A stretch of DNA of 64,000 nt from a candidate division WOR-3 bacterium (GTDB lineage Bacteria > Hydrothermota > Tepidihabitantia > SM23-42). The stretch's first letter is position 1; every line of letters starts with the position of its first letter. The notes beneath the pieces are model-generated. The model had not been told where the DNA came from. It ran no database searches and saw nothing but the letters and a program-made list of their open reading frames with translations. The stretch covers positions 1,916 to 65,915 of the forward strand of contig DRIG01000092.1 in the NCBI GenBank assembly GCA_011052815.1, written 5' to 3'. A program made the translations under genes and the position numbers. Shown one piece after another: positions 9,004 to 17,821 of the stretch.

Positions 9004-9020
9004 AAATTTTTCATAAGTGT
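9004..9020 (-). promoter_or_regulatory. Island motif copy m5 (AAATTTTTCATAAGTGT)
   Basis: About 65 nt upstream of the four-helix-bundle gene start. Confidence 0.45.
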
Positions 9021-9031
9021 CTCCGCATCGG

Positions 9032-9949
9032 CTATCGATCGTCCAATTTCCTTTTAAAATTATCAATCATATTTAATATATCATCTCTCCTGCTTAACCT
9101 TATCAGCTTTTGAGTACATTCTTTCGTAAATCTATTGAGCAACCCCAAATTTACGTGACACAAAATAAATACTCTTCGCTTTACTAACGCTGCCATTCCT
9201 TTATCCTTCTTAAAAAAAATATCCACGCGCGTAAAAAAACTGTCATAGGCACTGTAGAGCGCGACAAAATACAAAAATGGTATATAAGCTAATGTTAACA
9301 AAGGTGGAAGAAAAAAAGTACGGAGAGTATTTGAGTTAGTAAAAGATTGATAATTTCTCAATATATTGAAAAGTGCAAAGATGATAAGAAAAATACCAAA
9401 TATTATCAAAATAGCATCAACTGCTTTTTTAACAAACATATATTCTTTCCTTTTTTCCGTGTAAATACTTATAGTAACGATAACAAAAAGTAAAGGCATT
9501 ATAATGATTTCTAACCACAAACTAAGGGTATAACGATTGAGGATGAATTCAAGTATAATAATAAGTTTTAAATTATTAAACAATATTTTTTTAAAATAAT
9601 TTCTGTTTTGGCTGATTTTAGATACATTCAGTAAATGCACAAACGCGATACCAAAAAACCAAAGAACAGTATCTTTAATAAGGAAGACATCCCATAATCG
9701 CATCTTGTAAAATAGAAAAACTTCCGAGATAGTATATAGGAACATTATTAATAGTACTATAAGAATCTTAGCCTGAAATAGAGCCATAAATAAACGAAAA
9801 ATCGGTTTTATAATATCTTTGTGAAATAATATCCAAATAAGAAAAATTAGCAGCCAAAGGATGAATGCCTTTTCTCTATTATTTAGTGAATCTATAAAAA
9901 ATTTTATTCCATTCATAGTAACTTCATTATCGAAGCCAATAACATCCAA
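9032..9949 (-). CDS. Polytopic integral membrane protein (305 aa, about 7 predicted TM helices, basic cytoplasmic C-terminal tail)
   Basis: Strongly hydrophobic repetitive segments with no catalytic motif recognised. Confidence 0.5.
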   Translation of the reverse strand: MDVIGFDNEVTMNGIKFFIDSLNNREKAFILWLLIFLIWILFHKDIIKPIFRLFMALFQAKILIVLLIMFLYTISEVFLFYKMRLWDVFLIKDTVLWFFGIAFVHLLNVSKISQNRNYFKKILFNNLKLIIILEFILNRYTLSLWLEIIIMPLLFVIVTISIYTEKRKEYMFVKKAVDAILIIFGIFLIIFALFNILRNYQSFTNSNTLRTFFLPPLLTLAYIPFLYFVALYSAYDSFFTRVDIFFKKDKGMAALVKRRVFILCHVNLGLLNRFTKECTQKLIRLSRRDDILNMIDNFKRKLDDR

Positions 9950-9980
9950 TTACATTGAAATAATAACCATCTACGGTGCA

Positions 9981-9997
9981 ATTTTTTCATAAGTGAT
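9981..9997 (-). promoter_or_regulatory. Island motif copy m6 (AATTTTTTCATAAGTGA)
   Basis: About 35 nt upstream of the membrane-protein gene start. Confidence 0.45.
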
Positions 9998-10059
9998 CCA
10001 TACCGCCTATATCAGATTTTGCTTTTAACTCAAGATAAAAAGAAAGGTTTGATTTCATA

Positions 10060-10500
10060 TTACGTTACTCCTCTTTTCACTCTATCGATTGCCTTATGCG
10101 CTAATTTATCGGCCAATTTGATAAATTTATGTTTTTCACTTACTTTTGTGTAAATCACTTTTTCAAAAATCTGTGCTTTAAGCCGTATTTGTTCATGAAT
10201 TCTTTGATGTTTTTTCTTCCGCATTCGGAATTGACGATTTAGTTGCTTAATCACCAATTGACTATCAGATCTTATTTCTATTGTTTTCATACAATACTCA
10301 GGTGCTTTTTCTAATCCTTTTAAAACTGCTAAGTACTCGGCATCTTGATTTGTATGTTCATCTCCCAGATAATGCCCTTCTTTGAATAATATTTCACCGT
10401 CGTATACAACAACAATCCCTGCGCCTGACGGACCGGGGTTACCTTTGCAGCATCCATCACAATAAATTTCTATTCTCTCGACGTACTTTTTACGACTCAT
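10060..10500 (-). CDS. rnhA: Ribonuclease HI (stand-alone RNase H type 1)
   Basis: IYCDGCCKGNPGPSGAGIVV, TNQDAEYLAVLKGLE and IRSDSQLVIKQL correspond to the D/E/D catalytic motifs of RNase HI. Confidence 0.65.
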   Translation of the reverse strand: MSRKKYVERIEIYCDGCCKGNPGPSGAGIVVVYDGEILFKEGHYLGDEHTNQDAEYLAVLKGLEKAPEYCMKTIEIRSDSQLVIKQLNRQFRMRKKKHQRIHEQIRLKAQIFEKVIYTKVSEKHKFIKLADKLAHKAIDRVKRGVT

Positions 10501-10577
10501 GATTAATTTTTATATTTATAACCTTCCAGCATTGTCTATTATCTTTATCATTCATATGAAAAACTCCATATCACTTA

Positions 10578-11321
10578 TCATACTTCTCTCCGCTGTAAGA
10601 ACTTACGTTGATCTTCTTTTATTACCGCTTTTGGTATTCTTTCCCAATTGAATGTTTCAAAAATAAAACATATCAACGAGAAAGAAATTTCTTCTGACTT
10701 AATAAGCATTTCGTTTTTTGATATTTGCTTAAACCAAGGCAGTTGATTAACATGTGCTTTATAATCATCACCTAAAGGTACTCTATTCGGATCGAAAATT
10801 ACTAACTTTCTGTCGCTAATTCCGAACAATATGATATTGATATTTAAACCATCGTCGTATAATCCTCGTTCTGTTAATCTGCGGATAAATTCAAATATTT
10901 CTGTAACTGTGTATATGGTATTAATTACACTTAACACTGTACCTGGTTTTATGTTTTTTAAATAATCCTCAGCCCACTTATTATCCACAAACCAATCCTC
11001 ATTGATTCCCAAGTAGTGGATAAATTGACCACTTTGATAATAACGCCAAGCTTCTTTCTGTGCCCACCAATCTACAGATGCTTCGACATAGTCTGGCCCA
11101 AAATAAATTTGAGAGTTACTATCTTGTCGTATTGGAAAATGCGGATAATCCCAACCTCTTAAGTTAACCCTTGTTTCTTCTATTAATCTTTTACATTCTG
11201 TTCGGCTCGGAATACGATTCTCAATGGGTTTTAGCGGATAAAAATTTATATACCAATATCCTGCAGATTTTATTTTATCAATAATATTTTTGATATCAGA
11301 CATACTATTGAAAATCCTCAC
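10578..11321 (-). CDS. Hypothetical protein (247 aa)
   Basis: Start overlaps the end of the AlbA_2 gene by 17 bp. No motif recognised. Confidence 0.45.
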   Translation of the reverse strand: MRIFNSMSDIKNIIDKIKSAGYWYINFYPLKPIENRIPSRTECKRLIEETRVNLRGWDYPHFPIRQDSNSQIYFGPDYVEASVDWWAQKEAWRYYQSGQFIHYLGINEDWFVDNKWAEDYLKNIKPGTVLSVINTIYTVTEIFEFIRRLTERGLYDDGLNINIILFGISDRKLVIFDPNRVPLGDDYKAHVNQLPWFKQISKNEMLIKSEEISFSLICFIFETFNWERIPKAVIKEDQRKFLQRREV

Positions 11322-11919
11322 GCTGTTTATGAAACAGATTTTTGACCTCAGCGCCCCGATACCGCCATCCTCTTCGTCTTAAAATCTCTTGTTGTTTGTC
11401 TACGGCTCTTTGAATTAATTCTCTCGTTTCTGTCTCTGTTACTGGAATAGTCTTCGGGGAGCCGCCTCTGCTACGACAGTAGATAACACCCTTTTTTAAT
11501 ACACCTCTGTTTTGACTGTTCTTCTTACATATTACTGGTAGTTCGTCAAATTCTTCAACTCGGATTATAACAAATTTCTTGTTCTTATAGATAGAAAAAA
11601 ATATTTCAAAAATAATCGGTGACGAACTGAATCCGTCAACAGAATCCTTTATAGTATCATAAACAAAACTACTAAGTTCTTCTGCAGTTAGACCGTTAAG
11701 CCTGGGTCCTTTACCACCACCCTCTTTAATTCCCACTATTATATAACCACCATCAGGAGTGTTGGCGAATCCCATCATTGCTCTTATAACCTTTTCTTTT
11801 AACCATATAGAATTTTTATCGTTCCAAGAAAAAGTTTGTTTCCATTCGATATGTCTATTTTCATGACCTGCCGCAATCAAGGACAGAAAATTACTGGTGG
11901 CCATTTGTTTCATCATCAT
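11305..11919 (-). CDS. AlbA_2 / Schlafen-like DNA-binding domain protein (204 aa)
   Basis: HIEWKQTF...NTPDGGYIIVGIKE fits the E-x-K ... GG-x-hhh-G-h pattern of AlbA_2 domains. Confidence 0.4.
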   Translation of the reverse strand: MMMKQMATSNFLSLIAAGHENRHIEWKQTFSWNDKNSIWLKEKVIRAMMGFANTPDGGYIIVGIKEGGGKGPRLNGLTAEELSSFVYDTIKDSVDGFSSSPIIFEIFFSIYKNKKFVIIRVEEFDELPVICKKNSQNRGVLKKGVIYCRSRGGSPKTIPVTETETRELIQRAVDKQQEILRRRGWRYRGAEVKNLFHKQREDFQ

Positions 11920-11983
11920 GACACGAGTTTCATCGAAATGCTAGCTGCATCAATGAATTGTTCTTTAATTAAGTTATTTATAA

Positions 11984-14900
11984 TCATTTCACCATTTCCT
12001 GCCAAATAAGATGTTCGAGTTTAGCACGGAGTCTGGCATTAGCGATGGTAGAAATGTGCTCTGAGATAATTTTGTCTATCCTTTCTTTGAGTTTCGCAAG
12101 TTCGGGAAGAATCTGTCGTAAATCTGGTTCCTGCTTTGGAATCTTAACTGTATCCAAACCTGCTTCAAGGAATATTTTTAGATATCTTGCTTCTTCTTCG
12201 GTTTTGCACTCAATATGTTTTCGACCAGAACCCAATTTAAAACCAAATATTTCATGTTCAATTTTAACTTTGCCTTTTTTCGTTGGCAAAGTAACTGTTT
12301 TTGTAGATATCTTTGATTTTATCACCCTCTCACGGTAGAACCTACCTAATGTATCTTTCCCGATTTTGTCTTTAATGGTCTTTATAAATAAATCGAGGTC
12401 TAATCCTTCTTTCGTTTTTTTCTTCTTTTTAACACTTTTTGCTTTTTTAACCCTTGATTTGACAAGATCAATAACAGCCCTGTAAACTTCTAGTTGCTCT
12501 TCTTCCGATAATCCCAAAAAATCTCCCATAATTATTTCATCTAGTTCACGACGGTCAGGTTTAATTGTATTAAGAAAACATCGTTCTTTTGTTTCAGCGC
12601 CAAATTCTTCAAAAATAGAAAGTACATTTCTTTTACTAAGAGAAATAAGCAAATCAGTAAGTTTCTGATTTATTTTTCTTCCTGTTTTAGATGGTACTAA
12701 CATACGTTTAAGTTGATACACATTTGTATACACTGCTCCTTCTCCTAAATTTGTAATACCATCCATTTCAATTATCAATGGTATAATAGAACTATTGAAA
12801 TAACCGTGTATTAAAGGGATGAATTTTTTATCATTAATATGAATATAAAAAAATCTCTTATCTGCCCACATATTATAGGGATTATATACAGCATACCTAT
12901 CATTATAAGCATCAGACCAAATTAAATCTGGCTTGTCCCATATCCCCAAATCATACCACCTCTTTCTACTTGCACACGTTGGTCTTTTGTGAAAACCCTG
13001 TCTTTCACCCCATTTGATATATTTTAAAACATTTGTTCCTTTTAAATCTTTTTTGTCTTTATGAACCATTAGAACACGATACTTTAAATCTTCTGGCTTA
13101 GTGATTATGGATTTACATTCACGCGGTGATTTAATCACATAATTTGGTAGCACTTTTCCTTTTTTATCTTTATGCATCCAAAATTCTTTTTCAATACCCC
13201 ACTTTTTTATATCTTCTTCTGTTAAATAAAAAAATTCATTTGCACCAGTTTTTATACCAAATCGGACTTCTGCTACCTCTTTTAAAGGAACAAGTTTTCC
13301 TTTCCCTTTTTCAACAATTTTAAAGAAAATCTCCGGCGCTCTTATATATTTACCCCACTTTGCACCCACATATTTATTTTGTTCTTCATCAAATCCTTCC
13401 TCCCATAGTTCTTCTTGTGATTTTGGATAGATTCGCAAATCCTCATTTTCATAAAAACTATTATGAGCAAGAATTGTTCTTATGAGTTTATCTATTGCAT
13501 TCAATCTTTCAAGTTGCTTTTCCCACATATCTTGTGCAGGTGGTATAAAGTGTCTTAAAGGTTTTTTGAGATATACAAATCTAACAATATTTTCATCTCT
13601 TTCCTTTTTGTTTTTACATTTCTGTAATATAACAATGCAAGTATTGATATCTGCTTCTTCAAACCATCTTTCAATTTTTGATTCAATAATTGTGATTATC
13701 TTGTAATTTTTTAGGAAAAATTCCTGAAGTCCTTTTCCATAATCTACATCAAGCCAGGAATTGGACACAACAAACCCGAAATACCCACCATCCTTTAAAA
13801 ATTTTGTTCCATGAATAAAGAAATAGGCATAAATACCTGCTCTTTTGCTTATATTTGCAATTTTTTTATTAGCAAAAATTAATGCATTTTTTATTAGTTT
13901 CTCTTTATCAACCCCAATATCTGGAATCTCCTCCTGTCTTGTATAGGGGGGATTGCCGACGACACAGTCAAACCATCTTGGAATAAAAATTTCTCTCTCT
14001 TCTTTACCTAAAGTCAAAGCACGCCTTTTTCGCCAATTTTTAGCTTCAAAGCCATCATATCCGACTATAAGATTAAAAAAATCGTCTATGATGATATTGG
14101 GGTAATTTTGATCAATACTCAAATCATTTATCGCCAGATTAATGGTTGAAAGATGCGCAGGAAATTTTGCTATATCTACGCCCCAAAGTGTGCTTAAAAT
14201 CTCCTCATGTTTCAACATCTGATTCATTAGCTGTTTATGTTTGTAAGCACGGACTAAAAAGGTTCCAGCACCACAAGCAGGATCAAGAATCTTGAAATTT
14301 TCGTGGTGATGACAAAATTTAAGAATCAAATCCACCACATCGGGGTTCGTAAAATACTGTCCTAAATTATGACGCTCTTCTTGTGGGATGAGTCTTTCAA
14401 ATATTCTTCCTATTACATCGTATCCCAATTTTGAAAAATCGTATGCTTTAAGAATATTCACAAGATTCTTTATTTCTTCCACAACTGTTTTATCATCCGG
14501 AAAAGCGAGGGTATCTATGAAATCGGTCGTGTATATTTGTTCATAATCTATTTTTAACACTTGATCGAAAAACCCCTGGAGGATTATCTGAAGTGTAGAA
14601 CCCTTGGTTAGGCTTTCAGGCACTTCGAGAGGGTCAAGTTGAGATGGCCTTTTGGTTTGTAAGACATTATAAAAAAGTATTTTATTAACGAGTAAATACG
14701 CTGTTTGCCTTGCTACTTTAGAAAAATCTGAATCCTGCCATAAAAAATCCCACCCTTGTTCTGCAAACCATTTCTGCAATTTGTGGGAAAATTCTTTTTT
14801 CTTATGACATTCGTCTCGAATTATCTCACGATAATATTTAGCAAGAACTTTAATTTTCTCCTGAAGTCTGAAAACAAGAAAATCATCAACGGGTTGTTTA

Positions 14901-15448
14901 GGCTCAGGTTCTTTACCGGTATAAACTGAAAATAACTTTTTTAGAAATATTTCAAGTGCTTTTTTTGCTGATGTGCTATATCTTGAATTTTCAATATCGT
15001 CTATATCGGAAATATCGGAAAGGGTAAATTTCTCAACAATTTGCGATTCCTCAGCAAGCATTTTGTTTACCTTCTCTGTATTATACCAAATGAGTACTTG
15101 AAAATTGGTTACTGCAAAGTATTTTGATTTTCTTGCATTGGCTTTTTCCCAGGCTGGCTTTTTTAAACCGTCATAATTGAAAATGTCATAGTACGGAAGT
15201 TTTGCCTCGATAACACAAATAACCTTGCGACTTCTACGAGATTCGTAAATCACAGTATCGGGGAATTTTCTATCTTTTGCACCAGCTTCAACATCGGGAA
15301 GCCCGAGATCAATTTTTTCTTTTTCTATGATTTCCCTCATCCAGTGCATCAAAACTGCAACGGCACTTCTTTCTGTTTTGTGGACATCCTCGTCAAAAGG
15401 GCTGGGTATGCGAGTTGTTTTGCCTCTGATTTTACTCCTCTTTCTCAC
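11984..15448 (-). CDS. Type IIG (type IIL-like) restriction-modification enzyme: N-terminal PD-(D/E)xK nuclease fused to N6-adenine methyltransferase and target-recognition domain (TRD)
   Basis: N-terminus has PDVEAG...D...VIEAKLP (D-ExK). MTase motif I is ILDPACGAGTFL and motif IV is VVGNPPYTRQ. 1154 aa with no helicase motifs. Confidence 0.6.
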   Translation of the reverse strand: MRKRSKIRGKTTRIPSPFDEDVHKTERSAVAVLMHWMREIIEKEKIDLGLPDVEAGAKDRKFPDTVIYESRRSRKVICVIEAKLPYYDIFNYDGLKKPAWEKANARKSKYFAVTNFQVLIWYNTEKVNKMLAEESQIVEKFTLSDISDIDDIENSRYSTSAKKALEIFLKKLFSVYTGKEPEPKQPVDDFLVFRLQEKIKVLAKYYREIIRDECHKKKEFSHKLQKWFAEQGWDFLWQDSDFSKVARQTAYLLVNKILFYNVLQTKRPSQLDPLEVPESLTKGSTLQIILQGFFDQVLKIDYEQIYTTDFIDTLAFPDDKTVVEEIKNLVNILKAYDFSKLGYDVIGRIFERLIPQEERHNLGQYFTNPDVVDLILKFCHHHENFKILDPACGAGTFLVRAYKHKQLMNQMLKHEEILSTLWGVDIAKFPAHLSTINLAINDLSIDQNYPNIIIDDFFNLIVGYDGFEAKNWRKRRALTLGKEEREIFIPRWFDCVVGNPPYTRQEEIPDIGVDKEKLIKNALIFANKKIANISKRAGIYAYFFIHGTKFLKDGGYFGFVVSNSWLDVDYGKGLQEFFLKNYKIITIIESKIERWFEEADINTCIVILQKCKNKKERDENIVRFVYLKKPLRHFIPPAQDMWEKQLERLNAIDKLIRTILAHNSFYENEDLRIYPKSQEELWEEGFDEEQNKYVGAKWGKYIRAPEIFFKIVEKGKGKLVPLKEVAEVRFGIKTGANEFFYLTEEDIKKWGIEKEFWMHKDKKGKVLPNYVIKSPRECKSIITKPEDLKYRVLMVHKDKKDLKGTNVLKYIKWGERQGFHKRPTCASRKRWYDLGIWDKPDLIWSDAYNDRYAVYNPYNMWADKRFFYIHINDKKFIPLIHGYFNSSIIPLIIEMDGITNLGEGAVYTNVYQLKRMLVPSKTGRKINQKLTDLLISLSKRNVLSIFEEFGAETKERCFLNTIKPDRRELDEIIMGDFLGLSEEEQLEVYRAVIDLVKSRVKKAKSVKKKKKTKEGLDLDLFIKTIKDKIGKDTLGRFYRERVIKSKISTKTVTLPTKKGKVKIEHEIFGFKLGSGRKHIECKTEEEARYLKIFLEAGLDTVKIPKQEPDLRQILPELAKLKERIDKIISEHISTIANARLRAKLEHLIWQEMVK

Positions 15449-15725
15449 TCACAACCTCCTTTACTATTCTGCGCGCAATCTCGAAGGCCGCTGCAATGCG
15501 AATAATTTTTACATCACCAAGACCTTTTATCTTCAAAAATTTCTCTAATGGTTGATTTGCCAGTCCTTTGAAAGAACCAAATTTAGCAAGTATCTCTTCA
15601 GCTATCTTTTCTGCTGATTTTCCCTTTGTTCCTGTAGAAATCAATATTGCAAGGAGTTCAGTATCTGACAATGTTTCAGGACCTTCTTCACGTAGTTTAC
15701 CACCTGGATGTTGCCATTTTTGCAT
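15432..15725 (-). CDS. RadC N-terminal-like HhH domain protein (97 aa, no JAB/MPN domain)
   Basis: LSDTELLAILISTGTKGKSAEKIAEEIL...IKGLGDVKIIRIAAAFEIARR parallels the N-terminus of the full RadC at 40029-40709. Overlaps the RM gene start. Confidence 0.45.
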   Translation of the reverse strand: MQKWQHPGGKLREEGPETLSDTELLAILISTGTKGKSAEKIAEEILAKFGSFKGLANQPLEKFLKIKGLGDVKIIRIAAAFEIARRIVKEVVSEKEE

Positions 15726-15728
15726 CTT

Positions 15729-16418
15729 TTACTTCCTCAAATCCGATAGTTTAACCCAATCACCATTTGAATCTTTAGTATACCAAAAACGCCAGCCATC
15801 GACAGTACGCCGTTGCACTACGATCTTTGCAGCAGCACTCGGTGTAGTGAACTTCTTACCCCTGAATTTAATAATTCCCGATGGTAGAAGATAAGCTTTA
15901 TATTCTCTACCTTTATAGGTTCTATAAAGCGGAGTCCGTTTTGAGACCAACCCTTTTAGATTTCTACGAACAGGAGATCGAGAGATTCTTTTTTGTCGCC
16001 CAGTTTTGGCAAACATCTCTTCAAACTCCTCCTGTTGCCGTTTTTTGACCATCATCTTTAAGTCCCTTAGAAGCTCACTACTTCCCCGCCCCTTGGGAAC
16101 TATGCGATTACCCTTTGGATTAGCTATCCTTACCAACAGAGATTCGATTTCATTAATATGGGCAATTTTCCGGATAAGATAGAGACTGAAATGGGTCCAG
16201 CTGGCTCCATGGCGGTCGCGAAGATGATATCTGACTCGCCTTTTCAAATCGGTCGATTTACCGACATAATATAGTTCATTCTCATCGTATAATGCATAAA
16301 TTCCTGGGGAACTGCCGATTAATTGTGTAATCGAATCATAATATTTTTTAAACAGGGTTTTACTAATATTCTCCAATCTGTGAATAATAAGACTTCTTGG
16401 ATTATGCTTCCTTTTCAT
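15729..16418 (-). CDS. GIY-YIG nuclease domain protein (229 aa)
   Basis: GIYALYDENELYYVGKSTDLKRRVRYH is a GIY-YIG motif. Basic C-terminal domain. Confidence 0.5.
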   Translation of the reverse strand: MKRKHNPRSLIIHRLENISKTLFKKYYDSITQLIGSSPGIYALYDENELYYVGKSTDLKRRVRYHLRDRHGASWTHFSLYLIRKIAHINEIESLLVRIANPKGNRIVPKGRGSSELLRDLKMMVKKRQQEEFEEMFAKTGRQKRISRSPVRRNLKGLVSKRTPLYRTYKGREYKAYLLPSGIIKFRGKKFTTPSAAAKIVVQRRTVDGWRFWYTKDSNGDWVKLSDLRK

Positions 16419-16608
16419 TCCATCCCTCTTTTTTACTAAACCTTATTTTGTCTCCCATTATCTTTTTATTTATTTCTTCGCATTCCCAAAGTGCCTGCGG
16501 CACTTCCTTAAAGCAAAAGGTATAATCAGCCAATTCCTGAGCTGAAATTATACTTTGATTTTATTATAGATATTTTACCTTTTCTGTCAATAAAAATCTT
16601 TTCACAAC

Positions 16609-16756
16609 AAAAAAAAGGTATGGCTTCAGCAATTTCCGTTGCTGAAACAAACATACCTTCTCTTTTCTCCATTATATATATTATCTCTCCTCAGTCAAGC
16701 AGATTTTGAAAGGGGTTTTGGGTAAAGGAACGAGCACAATCGCTTGACAGGTAAGA
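16609..16756. repeat. Copy 2 (complete) of the repeated element: hairpin with compensatory stem changes, conserved tail, AGTCAAGCAGA extension; marks the right edge of the AT-rich island
   Basis: Direct comparison with 4005-4090 and 4915-4975. Inner stem is TCAGCAA/TTGCTGA here versus TCAGCAG/CTGCTGA in copy 1. Confidence 0.6.
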
Positions 16757-16776
16757 GATATTCTTTATAATGATTT

Positions 16777-17748
16777 ATGACTTTTAAAGCCGCAAAGCTC
16801 GATAAAATCTCTTTGACAGTAACAATCTTAGTGAGTGTCTTTCTTATTATATTATCACTCTTCTTTCTGATAAAGGTCCCTTTTGGCTGGGCGTTTGCCA
16901 TAATGATGATGCTCATCCTCCTCATCGCATATCTTCTGAGCCCCAAACAATACTACTTTGAGGGGCCGAATCTCGTAATCGAAAAAGTAATCGGCAAAAG
17001 AATAATCGTCCCCCTCAATAAAATAGAAGGCTACACTATTATTCCGAATTTCATGAAGTTAAAGGTGGCGCGCACATTCGGCAACGGCGGCCTCTTCGGT
17101 TATTACGGCCTGTTCTCTTCCGCGGAATTCGGAAATATAAACTGTCAACTGACAAAATTAAAAAACATCCTCCTCATAAAGACCGACAAAGGAAATTATG
17201 CGGTCTCACCGGCTGAAAACGAAAGGTTTGAGCAGGAACTCAAGGCACGGATGAGCAATTTTTCAGTCGAGGCGAAAACAATCAAACCGATTCCTCCTGA
17301 AAAACGCAAACTCGCATCTCCGTTGATTCTTTTGATCCCGATCATTCTTTTTTTAATAATCGTCTTCCTGGTCATTCTGAACTATTCCCAGTTGCCCGAC
17401 CGTATTGCAGTCCATTTCGACGCCCACGGCGCCCCTGACCGCTGGGGTCCGAAAAGCTCTTATCTCTTTTCCGGTCTGATCCCCACTTCGATATTACTCG
17501 CCCTTACCATCGGTGTATTCTTCTTTGTGAGACGAACCACAAATAATCCCGCGATGCCCAATTTTCTGGTCATAATCATCTCATACATTCAACTCTTTCT
17601 TGCCTACACCTCATTTGACACCTTCTGGATGAATAAATATGAAACCCATCTCATTCCCATACCCGCCGCTTTATTGATATTTGTCGTCGGTATTCTAATC
17701 CTACTTCTTGTCTATTATTTAAAGATCGTCAGGAAAAGTTCCGGTTAA
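16777..17748 (+). CDS. Membrane protein with DUF1648-like segment (DRIAVHFDAHGAPDRWGPKS)
   Basis: Multiple TM helices. First gene of the higher-GC chromosomal region. Confidence 0.45.
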   Translation: MTFKAAKLDKISLTVTILVSVFLIILSLFFLIKVPFGWAFAIMMMLILLIAYLLSPKQYYFEGPNLVIEKVIGKRIIVPLNKIEGYTIIPNFMKLKVARTFGNGGLFGYYGLFSSAEFGNINCQLTKLKNILLIKTDKGNYAVSPAENERFEQELKARMSNFSVEAKTIKPIPPEKRKLASPLILLIPIILFLIIVFLVILNYSQLPDRIAVHFDAHGAPDRWGPKSSYLFSGLIPTSILLALTIGVFFFVRRTTNNPAMPNFLVIIISYIQLFLAYTSFDTFWMNKYETHLIPIPAALLIFVVGILILLLVYYLKIVRKSSG

Positions 17749-17821
17749 TACCCCTCTTTAAGAAAAGATCGAGCTGCTTAAATTATTATAATAATGTACT
17801 CTGTAAAAAGCTGGTGTTATA

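Noticed and set aside
5767-9997. Short ORFs beginning MKKL/MKNL/MKNF inside each copy of the 17-nt motif
   Set aside because: Their reading frames and sequences diverge right after the motif, and some are out of frame with the downstream gene. Conservation is at the DNA level, not the peptide level.
1-16760. Searched the island and all intergenic regions for a CRISPR repeat-spacer array
   Set aside because: No short direct repeats with 30-40 bp spacing are visible. The recurring 17-nt motif recurs at gene-length intervals, and the 150-bp element has only 2.5 copies.
16695-16946. 83-aa minus-strand ORF at the island boundary
   Set aside because: Overlaps repeat copy 2 and the start of the plus-strand membrane gene. 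Basic low-complexity translation.
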